NCBI GenBank assembly: GCA_051532035.1
Contig: JAOPTW010000016.1
Coordinates: 32,001 to 96,000 of the forward strand
Source of the DNA: Fibrobacterales bacterium
GTDB lineage: Bacteria; Fibrobacterota; Fibrobacteria; Fibrobacterales; JAOPTW01
Reading direction: 5' to 3'
DNA: 64,000 bases
The translations under genes were made by a program, and so were the position numbers. The notes under the pieces are model-generated. The model was not told where the DNA came from. It saw only the letters and a program-made list of their open reading frames with translations, and made no database searches. Shown here in pieces: positions 19,412-30,150 of the stretch (position 1 is the first letter of the stretch; every line of letters starts with the position of its first letter).

Positions 19412-22400
19412 TCTACCCCCAAGAGCGCACCAAATCGTTTCAGATAGAGGGCCAGTGAATCAGGCCGCACTATTTTAAATGAGTCGAATCCTAAATAATC
19501 TGGTACATATCCCGCAGTACAATGAGACTCCCATGCGGCATCTATTGTAGTACATACCTCTTGCTGTAGCCGATCATTTATAATCGGGCTTTCATCTTCT
19601 TCTGAAAAAGCACGGAGCGACTCTTTAATAGCATCATACTTCTTGAGGCCCACTGCTTCAAAGCTTTTGGCCACTGCCGCATCAGTAAGGGTCCCTCCAC
19701 TATGTAACGATTCAAAAGGGAGGTTATAGAGGTCGTCTGTGAGAGTCATATCTATCAACAACTCTTGGAGTCTTTTTTGGCTCCCCTGTGATGTGAGATG
19801 AATAGTACACTGTTCAATTTTCTTCTTTTCGAAACTACTCCAACTCCACACCGCTAACCCATTCTTCACATACTCCCCAAACTTCTTGGACTGAGAAAGA
19901 ATGAGCAGTCGTGCATAGGCAATGAGAAGCTGCCTTGGCTTAAAACCTTTTGTGAAATTATTGGGCAACAGCAGAACAGGCTGCAGACCCGCTTTTGAAA
20001 TAAACAAATGCCCACTCACCCCCGTGAGGGTTACGAGATGATCTTGCCCGGGTAACGCACACTCTACCACTACTTTTTCTGACGGGAGGTATTCATACTC
20101 TTCTAAGGTTTTTTGTATCAGCTGAAGCCGTTCAATTTCTACCACAACTCCACGCTGCATCTCTTCTTTGGCCAATGCACCGAGTACTGCAGTAGGCACT
20201 GCACCAACTCGACTTGAATGACTCCACTGTTCAGCAACTATTTCTTGCGCGCCATGGGCACCAAGATCTTCTCCATCACCAAACCATTTTGAAAAAAGAG
20301 ATTCGAGTATATTCCCTTTCAACCCACCTTTCATTAACATATCAACAGATAATGGCTCATCAGAATAGGTTGCATACTCCTCTTCATCTCCCCACAATCC
20401 ATATTTTTGTTGGAGTCGATAGACCAATGGATTATCAATAAAGCGTTTTAATTGGCTCTCTGTTACCGTTGCATTTTCAGTCAATTCAACGCTCGTTGAT
20501 TTATATTCAGAAACAGTCGGACTCTTTTGTTCTTCCAATAGCTGCGTTATCGTAGCCTGTGGCTTGGCATAACTTGGCACAATCCAACAGCTCTCATCAG
20601 CACTCGGAACAAGTGGCTGAGTATATCCTCCGGCAAATAGTCTTTTATCGAAGCTGAGCAGCGGTATACGGCACTCCCGCAAAGGAGTATCTAATAAATG
20701 GGCATCACAAAACTCTCGGAGTTCACTCAAGAGGGAACTTTGCTGCAAAGGTTCATCTTTTTTAATATCCGTTGCTACATAGCTCAATACGAGTTGCTTC
20801 TTAACTGAAGTGAGAATTTCTAAAAAAAGATATCGGTCGGTTTCGATGGGAGAAAAATCACCAATCTCTCGTCTGCACCCTCTTAGATCGAGAGAGCTAT
20901 AGGTCATACGAGAAGGAAATACTCCCTCATTGAGGCCGAGTAAATAGATACATTCATAAGGCACTGGAGGTTTAGGGCTGAGGGACGTTACCGTTACACC
21001 CCCCGTTAAATAACTTCCGCCAAAACCTGAAAGGTCGCTCAAGAGACCCGATAAAAATTCTTGAATAAGTGGCCATGAAATGGTCGTTGATTTCTTTTGA
21101 AGGAGCACCACTTTGCTCATTTCTTCAAAAAAACTATCTCGAACCTTTTTTTCTGGCTCCATGTCATCGGGGATAGTGCACCATGTGGTAAAGAAGTGTG
21201 GGAGTATTCTCATCCACTCCGAAACTGACTTCTGTTTTTTGACCAAGGCGCCATCTCTAAAGAGCTGCTCAAGAGTCTCTACAAACAGAGTCAAAATAGT
21301 TTTGTTTTGTGCATCAATATCGCTATAGGCTTCAACTGAAAATTCTGAACCGATAATAACCGTTTCGGCTGCGACCACCTGCCCAAGGAGCAGCCTATCA
21401 AGAGCCATACGCCAGGTATGGATATACTCTTCTGCATAGCCCGCACTTTCTCGATGCGTCTGATCGAAATGGCGGAATATATTGAGCCGTTCAGCCCAGG
21501 TCACAAAAATAGTAACCATCTCGGGAGTAATACCCCGAGCCGCTTGTACACAAGGGTTTTCAAAAAAGGTAATAATGTCTTTGCGAGTAAAGCTCCCGCC
21601 TGTGAGGGCCATAAGATCACGGACAGCCTGACTATACATACTTGAACTTGCGGTTCCATCAATAAGACTAAAAGGAATGCGCTCACTTCCTTCGCTATTG
21701 CGGGCATCAAACACTTGTTGAATAATAGGCCCATAACGATCGAGGTCGGTTACAAATACCGCAATATCATGAAAACGAATTTTTGAATTAAGCCTGAGGG
21801 TATGCACAATACTATCGTACAACGTCTCAACCTCTCGTTTTATCTCAGGTGCACTCCAAAACTGGAGCGAGCCATCATACTTTTTCTTTGTGCAATCAGT
21901 TGTTCTATATAACAGTGAGTGTTGTAATCTCTCGAGCATCGGCCCTTCTGCATCGGGCTCACTATAGCGATCTGAAAAAGCGTAATCTGTTGCCTGACAC
22001 CAGAGCTGAATCCCTTCACGACCAGGACGTCCCCATTCAGCAAGAAGTGGATGCATCCGTGATGGTTCTTCACGTAAGGTTTCATCACCGAGCTCGGCTG
22101 GTTCTTTTGTGAGAACACGGCACTCATCTTCAGACAATTCATTCCAACTATTGGGTATTACGACTCGGTTTTTTTGAGACACAAGGTCTTCCCAAAAATC
22201 TGCACAGGGGTTCAGAGCATACACATTAAAAGTAACCCCCATTTCTGAGAGTTTAAAAATAAGCCGTCGATGAAAGAGTGATATCTGCGACATCGCAAAG
22301 ATATGCCAGGTTTCACCAGTACAACTGGAGGCATCTACTTCACCTTTAAATACTTGCCTCGCATACATGGGGAGGGAGCAGTACCAATCACTATTCGTTA

Positions 22401-23028
22401 GAGAATAGCGATCGAGAATTCCTTCTTCTGTAAAAAGCTCCCGATAAAGTTCTTTTTGCCAGAGCTCAACTTGGCCAAACCAGGTCTCTTCGTCGGGGCG
22501 AACCCCTTTGCCAATATTTTCTGAAAAAAGGAGTGCATTCGTATCAAGCCAGGACTCAATGACACCACTACACGATGGACTCTCTATTCGCTTAAATTCA
22601 TAATCAATAAATACTGTTGCAATCTGAGTTGCCAACTGCATCATTTTACGGAAGTAGAGGGATTCGTTTTTTTCAGCGCCCCCGAGATATTTCTTAAGAG
22701 GCTCATACACCGGTTTGGCCATGAGCTCACTATCCATAAGTGCATGCACGACAAAAAGAGAAAGAGATGCTTTATTGAGCGGTTCTGCACTCCCCCCTTC
22801 GAAGGTATCAATATCTTGAAGGATGCGCCATAAATTTTTCTCAAGCCTGCCTACATTGAGGTTCCCCACAATTCCATCACGCTGCGCCATATGGTATTGA
22901 AGCCAGGTACCCATTTGACCCCCTACAAGAATGGGATCGGGATTAAAGATATCATCGGGCTGATAATTATCGCGCAGCTTATCAAAAAGCTGCATGGTGT
23001 CGTTACTAAAAAAGAGGTTTATGGCCAT
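19396..23028 (-). CDS. recC: exodeoxyribonuclease V gamma subunit
   Basis: LNPCADFW.D, HPLLAEWG..GRE, REVETL, HTW..ALDRLLLG, LLGLNEGVFP, DRYLFLE; first gene of the recCBD operon. Confidence 0.92.
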   Translation of the reverse strand: MAINLFFSNDTMQLFDKLRDNYQPDDIFNPDPILVGGQMGTWLQYHMAQRDGIVGNLNVGRLEKNLWRILQDIDTFEGGSAEPLNKASLSLFVVHALMDSELMAKPVYEPLKKYLGGAEKNESLYFRKMMQLATQIATVFIDYEFKRIESPSCSGVIESWLDTNALLFSENIGKGVRPDEETWFGQVELWQKELYRELFTEEGILDRYSLTNSDWYCSLPMYARQVFKGEVDASSCTGETWHIFAMSQISLFHRRLIFKLSEMGVTFNVYALNPCADFWEDLVSQKNRVVIPNSWNELSEDECRVLTKEPAELGDETLREEPSRMHPLLAEWGRPGREGIQLWCQATDYAFSDRYSEPDAEGPMLERLQHSLLYRTTDCTKKKYDGSLQFWSAPEIKREVETLYDSIVHTLRLNSKIRFHDIAVFVTDLDRYGPIIQQVFDARNSEGSERIPFSLIDGTASSSMYSQAVRDLMALTGGSFTRKDIITFFENPCVQAARGITPEMVTIFVTWAERLNIFRHFDQTHRESAGYAEEYIHTWRMALDRLLLGQVVAAETVIIGSEFSVEAYSDIDAQNKTILTLFVETLEQLFRDGALVKKQKSVSEWMRILPHFFTTWCTIPDDMEPEKKVRDSFFEEMSKVVLLQKKSTTISWPLIQEFLSGLLSDLSGFGGSYLTGGVTVTSLSPKPPVPYECIYLLGLNEGVFPSRMTYSSLDLRGCRREIGDFSPIETDRYLFLEILTSVKKQLVLSYVATDIKKDEPLQQSSLLSELREFCDAHLLDTPLRECRIPLLSFDKRLFAGGYTQPLVPSADESCWIVPSYAKPQATITQLLEEQKSPTVSEYKSTSVELTENATVTESQLKRFIDNPLVYRLQQKYGLWGDEEEYATYSDEPLSVDMLMKGGLKGNILESLFSKWFGDGEDLGAHGAQEIVAEQWSHSSRVGAVPTAVLGALAKEEMQRGVVVEIERLQLIQKTLEEYEYLPSEKVVVECALPGQDHLVTLTGVSGHLFISKAGLQPVLLLPNNFTKGFKPRQLLIAYARLLILSQSKKFGEYVKNGLAVWSWSSFEKKKIEQCTIHLTSQGSQKRLQELLIDMTLTDDLYNLPFESLHSGGTLTDAAVAKSFEAVGLKKYDAIKESLRAFSEEDESPIINDRLQQEVCTTIDAAWESHCTAGYVPDYLGFDSFKIVRPDSLALYLKRFGALLGVECSKL

Positions 23029-23034
23029 GGTTGA

Positions 23035-23066
23035 AATATAAGTATTTTACCAGACAATAATTGTCA
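23035..23066 (-). promoter_or_regulatory. putative WYL box plus -10 element of recCBD
   Basis: Minus strand reads TGACAATTATTGTCT (23066-23052), 11 nt, TATATT, 6 nt, then the recC ATG. Confidence 0.6.
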
Positions 23067-23067
23067 C

Positions 23068-23781
23068 CTATAGGTCAATCTTACGGATATCCTGAAAGGA
23101 TCCCGATTCAAACCGGGTTAGTTTTGGAATCACCGCAACCGCTCGTTGAGCAAACAATTCAGGAGTGGGCATGGCATCAGTCCCCCGCGCAGCTTGTATA
23201 CGCCCCACAGTGGGGTACTCCTCTCCACTCACCTCACTGCAGAGGTAATCTTGCATTGCCGTATCTACCAGCCCTGGTGCAAATGCACAAAAATGGGTTT
23301 CCAGACGCTCTGCTGCATAAAGCGCAATAAACATATTGAGGGCCGCTTTTGAAATACCATAGCTACTCCACCCTTTATTGCCACTCACTGCCGCGCCAGA
23401 AGATGTCGCAACAACTTGAGTAAGGGTTACATTGAGATCATAGAGTGTGTCAAGAATTATCTTATTTGCCCAAACATTTACTGTCATACTCTCTTCTAGG
23501 TCAAGAATAGTAGTATCCTGAAGTGATGTAACCGAACCAAGCATACCGGCATTTAACAGCACCAAGTCGAATGAACGGCTCTCGCCTATAAGCGACTCAA
23601 TTGCAGAAGCAATCTGAAAGTGATCTGAGAGGTCACAGGATACAAAAGAGAACGTATCGAACAGAGAAAGATCTTTAGGTTCTCGTCTACTCAACCCGAA
23701 TACTCGGCACCCCATATCAAGATACTTCTTTGCCAATCCATGACCAATTCCTGAACTGACACCGGTGATTAAAATATTCAT
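23068..23781 (-). CDS. SDR family oxidoreductase (sepiapterin/benzil reductase-like)
   Basis: ITGVSSGIG, LNAG, SSGAA, YGISKAA (YxxxK), APGLVDTAMQ. Confidence 0.9.
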   Translation of the reverse strand: MNILITGVSSGIGHGLAKKYLDMGCRVFGLSRREPKDLSLFDTFSFVSCDLSDHFQIASAIESLIGESRSFDLVLLNAGMLGSVTSLQDTTILDLEESMTVNVWANKIILDTLYDLNVTLTQVVATSSGAAVSGNKGWSSYGISKAALNMFIALYAAERLETHFCAFAPGLVDTAMQDYLCSEVSGEEYPTVGRIQAARGTDAMPTPELFAQRAVAVIPKLTRFESGSFQDIRKIDL

Positions 23782-23906
23782 AGTTACCTTTTTGGGGCCC
23801 TAGCTCCATCTGTAATAAAAGTGCTTATTTTGGGTTTATTCCGCAATAGGTCCCCCTCCTTTTGCTTAAAAAAACAGTAAAGAGTACAAAGCAACTACTA
23901 AACACC

Positions 23907-23943
23907 TTGACTTACCCACAACTTTGTACTATTTTACTAGTAC
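23907..23943 (+). promoter_or_regulatory. sigma70 promoter overlapped by a TrpR operator
   Basis: TTGACT-N17-TATTTT. GTACTATTTTACTAGTAC (23926-23943) resembles the TrpR operator (GTACT-N8-AGTAC, CTAG half-site) and abuts the trpR ATG. Confidence 0.75.
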
Positions 23944-24192
23944 ATGAATACGCAAAACAACTATTTAGACGAATTGGTAACCCATCTTCTCGAGAAAAAG
24001 AGTCCCGATGAGTTCAAAAAAGCCCTCAAAGGGCTCCTTACTCCCGCTGAGCTGAGTGAGATTCCCAAGCGTCTCCAAATTTTTAATATGCTTAAGGCCG
24101 GAATACCACAACGTGAGATTGCAAAAACCCTGGGAGTCGGAATCGCAACCGTCACCAGAGGATCTCGCGAATTAAAATCTGGCAACATTTAA
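23944..24192 (+). CDS. trpR: Trp repressor
   Basis: LLTPAEL..I..RLQI..ML..G.PQREIA..LGVGIATVTRGSRELK. Confidence 0.9.
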   Translation: MNTQNNYLDELVTHLLEKKSPDEFKKALKGLLTPAELSEIPKRLQIFNMLKAGIPQREIAKTLGVGIATVTRGSRELKSGNI

Positions 24193-24204
24193 CGTGGACC
24201 TATT

Positions 24205-25593
24205 ATGAAAAAACCACCTATGATTGAACTCCCTCGTAAGCCCCATTATGTAAAAATGGCAGAGGACATAAACTTTTTTGAGCTCTTTAAAAAAATAGAG
24301 AAAAAGTATGACACCTGTTTTCTTTTAGAGTCTCTTGGTGAAGAGAGCTATGTTTCTCGCTATTCTCTTATTGGGTTTGACCCTGAACAAGTGATCTATG
24401 CTCAAGGAGCATCCCTCTTTATTAAAGAAAGAGATGGCTTTTGTGCAGAATACCCATCAGAAAACCCCTATTTCCTATTAAGGGACATTGTACCTCAAAA
24501 CATAATCTCTAAAAAATACGCAGGAGGGCTCACCGGATATATTGGCTACGACAGTATGAACTATTTTGAGCCAACAATGAACATCCAATCCAGTGAAATG
24601 TTTGATGCCTTTAAATTTGGCATGTATAAAGATGGCTTAATCCTCGACAAAATGACAGGAGAGCTCATCTATTTTTACTACACCGACAGCAGACTTGCCG
24701 AGATAGAAACTATATTGAACACTCCCTACGCAGGAAACGGGGACCTTTCTATTACCTACCATGGCGACACCATGACACAAGAAGCGCACAAAGCCGCTGT
24801 TGGAAAAGTCAAAAACGACATTGTAAATGGTCTAATATTTCAGTGCGAAGTAGGTTTTAAGTCTCGCTACACACTTGATGGTGACACCATCAATATTTAT
24901 GAAAAACTTCGTGAAGTTAACCCTTCTCCTCAGATGTACTATGTAAAATTTGGTGAAGAGAAAGTCATCGGTGCAAGCCCTGAACTCCTCTTTAGACTCC
25001 GTCAAGGAGAGATGGAGACCTTCCCCTTGGCCGGCACAGCCAAACGAGGCGCGAATGCAACAGAAGACACTCAATTTGCACGGGCACTCCTCAACGACCC
25101 TAAAGAGATCGCAGAACACAACATGATTGTAGACCTCCATAGAAATGACATTGGCCGTGTTGCCCGCTTTGGAACCGTTAAAGTACGCTCTCTTATGGAT
25201 ATTAAACGCTTCTCTCATGTACAGCATATTTCCAGTGAAATTGTCGGGATTATCTCAGAAAAAGAGGACATGTTCTCAGCTCTAGCGAGTAACTTCCCTG
25301 CCGGCACCTTAACCGGCGCCCCAAAAATTGAAGCCATGAAAATCATAAACGAACTTGAAGGCGATGGACGCGGCCCTTATGGTGGCGCACTCGGGCATTT
25401 CTCATTCAATGGCGACTGTACTTTTGCGATACCGATACGAACCGTTTTTGCCCATGGTAAAAACGCCTACGTACAGACCTGTGGCGGCAACGTTTACGAC
25501 TCAAATGCTGATGATGAATATGAAGAGATCAAACGAAAACTTGCGGGTACTAAAAAAGTACTCGATCAATTTATTACCGAAGGGGATGCATAG
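24205..25593 (+). CDS. trpE: anthranilate synthase component I
   Basis: FLLES, SRYS, NPSP.MYY, GASPE, PLAGT, KEIAEHNMIVDL.RND, FPAGTLTGAPK, RGPYGG; follows trpR. Confidence 0.88.
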   Translation: MKKPPMIELPRKPHYVKMAEDINFFELFKKIEKKYDTCFLLESLGEESYVSRYSLIGFDPEQVIYAQGASLFIKERDGFCAEYPSENPYFLLRDIVPQNIISKKYAGGLTGYIGYDSMNYFEPTMNIQSSEMFDAFKFGMYKDGLILDKMTGELIYFYYTDSRLAEIETILNTPYAGNGDLSITYHGDTMTQEAHKAAVGKVKNDIVNGLIFQCEVGFKSRYTLDGDTINIYEKLREVNPSPQMYYVKFGEEKVIGASPELLFRLRQGEMETFPLAGTAKRGANATEDTQFARALLNDPKEIAEHNMIVDLHRNDIGRVARFGTVKVRSLMDIKRFSHVQHISSEIVGIISEKEDMFSALASNFPAGTLTGAPKIEAMKIINELEGDGRGPYGGALGHFSFNGDCTFAIPIRTVFAHGKNAYVQTCGGNVYDSNADDEYEEIKRKLAGTKKVLDQFITEGDA

Positions 25594-26280
25594 ATGCGCG
25601 TATTAATTATCGATAACTATGACTCATTCACCTACAATCTCTATCAGTTTATTGGAGAGATCTTTAAAACAGAACAGAGTAATGGCACCATTGATACCTT
25701 TGAAATCACCGTTAAACGGAACGATGAAATTAGCATTGACGGTATAAAAGAGTACGCCCCTGACAGAATTATTGTCTCTCCTGGTCCCGGTACTCCGGAA
25801 GACGAGGCCTACTTTGGTGTATGTGCACAAGCGATTACTGAACTGGGAAAAGAGATTCCACTTCTTGGTGTGTGCCTTGGCATGCAAGGCATTGTTCACC
25901 TCTTTGGAGGGCGCATTACCCTTGCACAGCTCCCTATGCATGGAAAAACAAGCCCTATCACTCATACCAGCACAGGCGTCTTTGCAGACATCCCCAACGA
26001 ACTAGAAGTGATGCGCTATCACTCACTTATTGCCGAAGCGAAAAGTTTCCCTGATTGTTTAGAGTTGACTGCCACGGTAGGATCATTTGCTCTTGATCAG
26101 TTTGGTGATATTGATGCCATTAGATCGAGTGGAGACTTTGAAGTTATGGGTGTTAAGCATAAGGAATTCCCTATTTATGGAATACAATTTCACCCAGAGT
26201 CATTTGCGACAGAGGGCGGGAAAGAGATTATTAGAAATTTCCTTTTTGCCATTAATGAGACCCCGATAATAGCCAAGTAG
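25594..26280 (+). CDS. trpG: anthranilate synthase component II (glutamine amidotransferase)
   Basis: IDNYDSFTYNL, SPGPG, GVCLG.Q, MRYHSL, QFHPES. Confidence 0.92.
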   Translation: MRVLIIDNYDSFTYNLYQFIGEIFKTEQSNGTIDTFEITVKRNDEISIDGIKEYAPDRIIVSPGPGTPEDEAYFGVCAQAITELGKEIPLLGVCLGMQGIVHLFGGRITLAQLPMHGKTSPITHTSTGVFADIPNELEVMRYHSLIAEAKSFPDCLELTATVGSFALDQFGDIDAIRSSGDFEVMGVKHKEFPIYGIQFHPESFATEGGKEIIRNFLFAINETPIIAK

Positions 26281-26323
26281 CGTGAATTAACTAAGTTTTG
26301 ATCATACTTAAACCTGTTGAGAT

Positions 26324-26953
26324 ATGTCTAAAATAATACTATTCGATTTTGATGGAACCATTGCCGATTCATTGCGCGCAACCATTGTGGTGTATAATAG
26401 AATCGCTCCACACTACAAAGCGCGCCCTATTCAAGAAAAGCATATTGAGACCTTTAAAAGTGATCGAATTCAACGATTTTTCAAGTACCTCAATTTGAAA
26501 TATTATAAGCTTCCTTTTATGGTTATCAAAGGTCGCTCTGAATTCAGAAAAGATATGGATCTCGTTAAAGAACAGCCCGGGGTATGTGATGTCATAAGAA
26601 AGCTTAAAAGTGAAGGCTACACCCTAGGGATCCTCACGTCTAATTCAAAAGAAAATGTCAGCGATATGATTAAAAAATACGGGATTGACGAGTGCTTTTC
26701 ATTTATAAAAAACAGCAAGCATATGTTTGGCAAATCCAAATACATTAATCAAATTATTAAAGCAGAAAAAACCACACCAGACCAAGTCTACTTTGTCGCC
26801 GATGAAACTCGAGATATCGAAGCAGCTAAAAAAGCGAAAATTAACATGGTCGCAGTCACCTGGGGCTTTCAGAATAGAAGAGCCTTCAAAAAACTCGCTC
26901 CAGAATACATAGTTGACACTCCTGATGAGCTCTACAACGTACTCAAGACTTAG
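26324..26953 (+). CDS. HAD-family hydrolase (phosphoglycolate phosphatase-like)
   Basis: FDFDGTIADS, GILTSN, DETRDIEAA, VTWG. Confidence 0.88.
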   Translation: MSKIILFDFDGTIADSLRATIVVYNRIAPHYKARPIQEKHIETFKSDRIQRFFKYLNLKYYKLPFMVIKGRSEFRKDMDLVKEQPGVCDVIRKLKSEGYTLGILTSNSKENVSDMIKKYGIDECFSFIKNSKHMFGKSKYINQIIKAEKTTPDQVYFVADETRDIEAAKKAKINMVAVTWGFQNRRAFKKLAPEYIVDTPDELYNVLKT

Positions 26954-27022
26954 ATTGCGTTATAGAGACAATTTTTCTATCTTTACACACTATACAAGAC
27001 AGCGAACAACCCGGATTATACC

Positions 27023-27970
27023 ATGAAAGCAAAAATATTCGTCGACGGACAAGCAGGAACTACAGGCTTAGAAATTCATGAGCGCCTTGCCCAGCGTGAG
27101 GACATTGAACTTCTCATCATTGATCCGGAACTCAGAAAAGATATTAACGAGCGAAAAAAGCTCATTAACGCTTCTGATATTACCTTTCTCTGCCTTCCCG
27201 ATGACGCATCTCGCGAATCAGTTTCACTCTGTGAAAATGATACAACCCGCTTTATTGATGCGAGTACCGCTTTTAGAACTGCAGATGACTGGGCCTATGG
27301 TATCCCAGAGCTTTCACCAGCACAGCGAACTGCCATTGCAAACTCAAAACGAGTTTCAAACCCCGGTTGTCATGCAACAGGCTTTATTGTTGGCATTAAA
27401 CCTCTCATTGAGCAAGGGATTATATCCCCAAAACACCACCTTTCTTGTTATTCAATAACTGGGTATAGTGGTGGTGGCAAACAACTTATTGCAGCCTACG
27501 AAGCTGCACCTGCAGACGACGACTCTATGAATTGTCCTCGTCATTATGCGCTAGGCCTCAGCCATAAGCATCTTCCCGAAATGAAGACAGTGTGTGGCCT
27601 TGAAAACCCGCCTATTTTCATGCCAGTACTCGGTCGTTACTACCGTGGTATGACAGTCACTATGGCTATTCCAACGAGTAAGCTTGAAAAGAAGTTCTCA
27701 GCACAAGAAGTTCACTCAATATTAGAAGCGCATTATGCCAATGAACACTTTGTACGAGTGCAACCCTTTGGATCTGACGAAGGGCTCGACAACGGTATAC
27801 TGAACGCAACCGAATGCAACAATACCAACAATCTTGACCTTTTTGTCTTTGGTGATGAGAACCAAGTGGTGATTGCAAGCCGTTTTGACAATTTGGGTAA
27901 AGGTGCTTCAGGTGCAGCTGTTCAAAATATGAATATCATGCTCGATTTTGATGAAAAAACAGGCCTTTAA
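27023..27970 (+). CDS. argC: N-acetyl-gamma-glutamyl-phosphate reductase (type 2)
   Basis: FVDGQAGTTGL, LCLPD, IDASTAFR, SNPGCHATG, GYSGGGK, DNLGKGASGAAVQN. Confidence 0.96.
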   Translation: MKAKIFVDGQAGTTGLEIHERLAQREDIELLIIDPELRKDINERKKLINASDITFLCLPDDASRESVSLCENDTTRFIDASTAFRTADDWAYGIPELSPAQRTAIANSKRVSNPGCHATGFIVGIKPLIEQGIISPKHHLSCYSITGYSGGGKQLIAAYEAAPADDDSMNCPRHYALGLSHKHLPEMKTVCGLENPPIFMPVLGRYYRGMTVTMAIPTSKLEKKFSAQEVHSILEAHYANEHFVRVQPFGSDEGLDNGILNATECNNTNNLDLFVFGDENQVVIASRFDNLGKGASGAAVQNMNIMLDFDEKTGL

Positions 27971-28044
27971 GTTCATTTAATAGCAGTTTTTAGCTTTTAT
28001 TTATAAAAAATGGTACCATTCAGTATGTTCTACTTGAGGTTGCC

Positions 28045-28278
28045 ATGCCCAATCCCGAAACCCGTATTGAGGAAAATGTCCTCGGTCCTTTTTATGTTGA
28101 TGGCAGTTGTACTTCTTGTGAAGACTGCGTCAATACGTCCCCTGAAAATTTTAAACTCAACGAAAAAGGGACAAATGCCTTTGTTCATAAACAACCCGAA
28201 GATGAAGATGAAATTAATCTTTGTCGTGAAGCCATGGAAAACTGCCCTACCGACTCTATCGGCGATGATGGCGATTAA
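28045..28278 (+). CDS. single-cluster ferredoxin
   Basis: FYVD.SCTSCEDC...P.NF...KQPE...C.EAME.CPTDSIG. Confidence 0.88.
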   Translation: MPNPETRIEENVLGPFYVDGSCTSCEDCVNTSPENFKLNEKGTNAFVHKQPEDEDEINLCREAMENCPTDSIGDDGD

Positions 28279-28384
28279 ATAAAGCTTGGGTATTATGATA
28301 CAACCTTGCAGTTTATCAGACACTCCACATCTCACCCCTATTATAATTTTTTATACTATAAACAACTAGTGTAAGGAAGTAACC

Positions 28385-29218
28385 ATGGCTCAAGAACGAT
28401 CGATCAAAGCAACCTTTAAGGGTGTAGATACCATGGATGGAGCAGGGGTAAAACTCAAACGAATTTTTGGGTATTATGAACGCCCTCAATTTGACCCATT
28501 TTTGCTCTTTGATCATTTCGGTTCTGACAATCCCAACGACTCTATTGAAGGGTTTCCTTGGCATCCCCATCGCGGCATAGAAACAATCACCTATTTGCTG
28601 AGTGGAGAAGTACTCCACGAAGATAGCCTTGGTAATAAAGGTACACTCCATGCGGGAGACATTCAATGGATGACTGCCGGAAGTGGCATAGTACATCAAG
28701 AGATGCCTCAATGTGTAGATAATGCATTAGAGGGGTTTCAACTCTGGGCAAACATGCCTGCCAAAGATAAAATGTCGACACCACGTTACCAAGATATACC
28801 TGCACACTCCGTTCCTGAAGTCTCAATTGAAGGCGGAATGGTGCGTGTCCTTGCGGGCGAGTATCAGAAAGAGATGGGACCTGTATCAGGTATCTCAATA
28901 CTGCCCCTCTATCTCGACCTCCATCTTGAACCCAATACACCCTTTACGTTCCCAAATACACTCGATACCAATTGTATCTATATATATCGAGGATCAATTA
29001 AGTCTGGAACTCATACTCTTGAAAAGTACAATGCAGCACTCTTCACCAGAGGAGACTCATTTACACTCATCAGTGGTGCAGAAGGGGCACATCTTTTGAT
29101 TATCGGTGGTAATCAGATTAAAGAAAAGATCGCATGGCGCGGCCCTATTGTAATGAACAGTGAAGAGGATCTCACCACTGCATTTAACGAATTAAATAAT
29201 GACACATTTTTGAAATAG
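28385..29218 (+). CDS. pirin family protein
   Basis: DPFLLFDHF, GFPWHPHRGIETITY, QWMTAGSGIVHQE, GFQLWAN, GPIVMN. Confidence 0.95.
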   Translation: MAQERSIKATFKGVDTMDGAGVKLKRIFGYYERPQFDPFLLFDHFGSDNPNDSIEGFPWHPHRGIETITYLLSGEVLHEDSLGNKGTLHAGDIQWMTAGSGIVHQEMPQCVDNALEGFQLWANMPAKDKMSTPRYQDIPAHSVPEVSIEGGMVRVLAGEYQKEMGPVSGISILPLYLDLHLEPNTPFTFPNTLDTNCIYIYRGSIKSGTHTLEKYNAALFTRGDSFTLISGAEGAHLLIIGGNQIKEKIAWRGPIVMNSEEDLTTAFNELNNDTFLK

Positions 29219-29232
29219 TTTTCTCTATTATA

Positions 29233-29955
29233 CTATTCAACTACCGGGGCTACTGCATTTCTATCAGTAGCGTTAAACACCTGTCTCCAGAAATTAGCCA
29301 GCTCATCTTCTTTAAAATAGTCTGGTTGTAATCCATCATTGAAGGAGAGAGAGAGAATAATATTATGTGAAGCCTCTTGAAGCTCAGTATAAACATGCAG
29401 CAATTGCGCCTTAAACTGAACAGTACACGTTGCACTATTAATATCACCACGCTTATTTTGTACAATCACATGATAATCAATAGGAGGAGCACCAATAAAA
29501 CCATCGGTGTCAAAATCAAGCGTACCTAATGCACTATGCGTTGGCTCACCACCAATCTCTTTTGGAAGGTAGTGTACGCCGCCTTCCTTATGAGTCGCCA
29601 CAATACTTTTTGTTAATTGGGCCAAAAACATTATCGGCGCTTTATATTCCAAAGCTTTTGAAAAGTCTATCCCTTGTTCGGTCAAAGCAGCTTGAAAATA
29701 CTCCTGCTGAAAAGTCTTGACATCAAACTGATTATTCTCAAAATCAAAAGGGAGAAATGTCTTCAAGTTAATAGTTAATCCTGAAAGATCTGCCACACAC
29801 TCTGTTGATTTTTCTGCTTTGTGTAAAGCAGTCTTTAAGACAAGCGCCTGACCATACTGCACAATCTTCTGTTGATTAACGGGGTTAGTTTCCCACTGAG
29901 CAAGCTTTTGAAAGAGTTGCTGCTTCTCTTCGTTAGTAAGTTCTCTTTTCTGCAT
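29233..29955 (-). CDS. hypothetical protein
   Basis: 240 aa ORF with protein-like composition and TATAAT 6 nt before the ATG; no family recognised. Confidence 0.7.
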   Translation of the reverse strand: MQKRELTNEEKQQLFQKLAQWETNPVNQQKIVQYGQALVLKTALHKAEKSTECVADLSGLTINLKTFLPFDFENNQFDVKTFQQEYFQAALTEQGIDFSKALEYKAPIMFLAQLTKSIVATHKEGGVHYLPKEIGGEPTHSALGTLDFDTDGFIGAPPIDYHVIVQNKRGDINSATCTVQFKAQLLHVYTELQEASHNIILSLSFNDGLQPDYFKEDELANFWRQVFNATDRNAVAPVVE

Positions 29956-30150
29956 AGTACAATTATATTAAATTTGTTACCGTAATGCATACAATAACTA
30001 TTTATAAAGAAAGTTAAATATTCTATTTACAAAGGACTTTCTAACGATACTCAAAAAAGATTGTACTATCTTTAAAATGTACACTGAGGTGTTACACGGG
30101 GTTTAAAATACATTAGGTTCATTGGGCGCGAACCGATAAAAGGATCAAAC

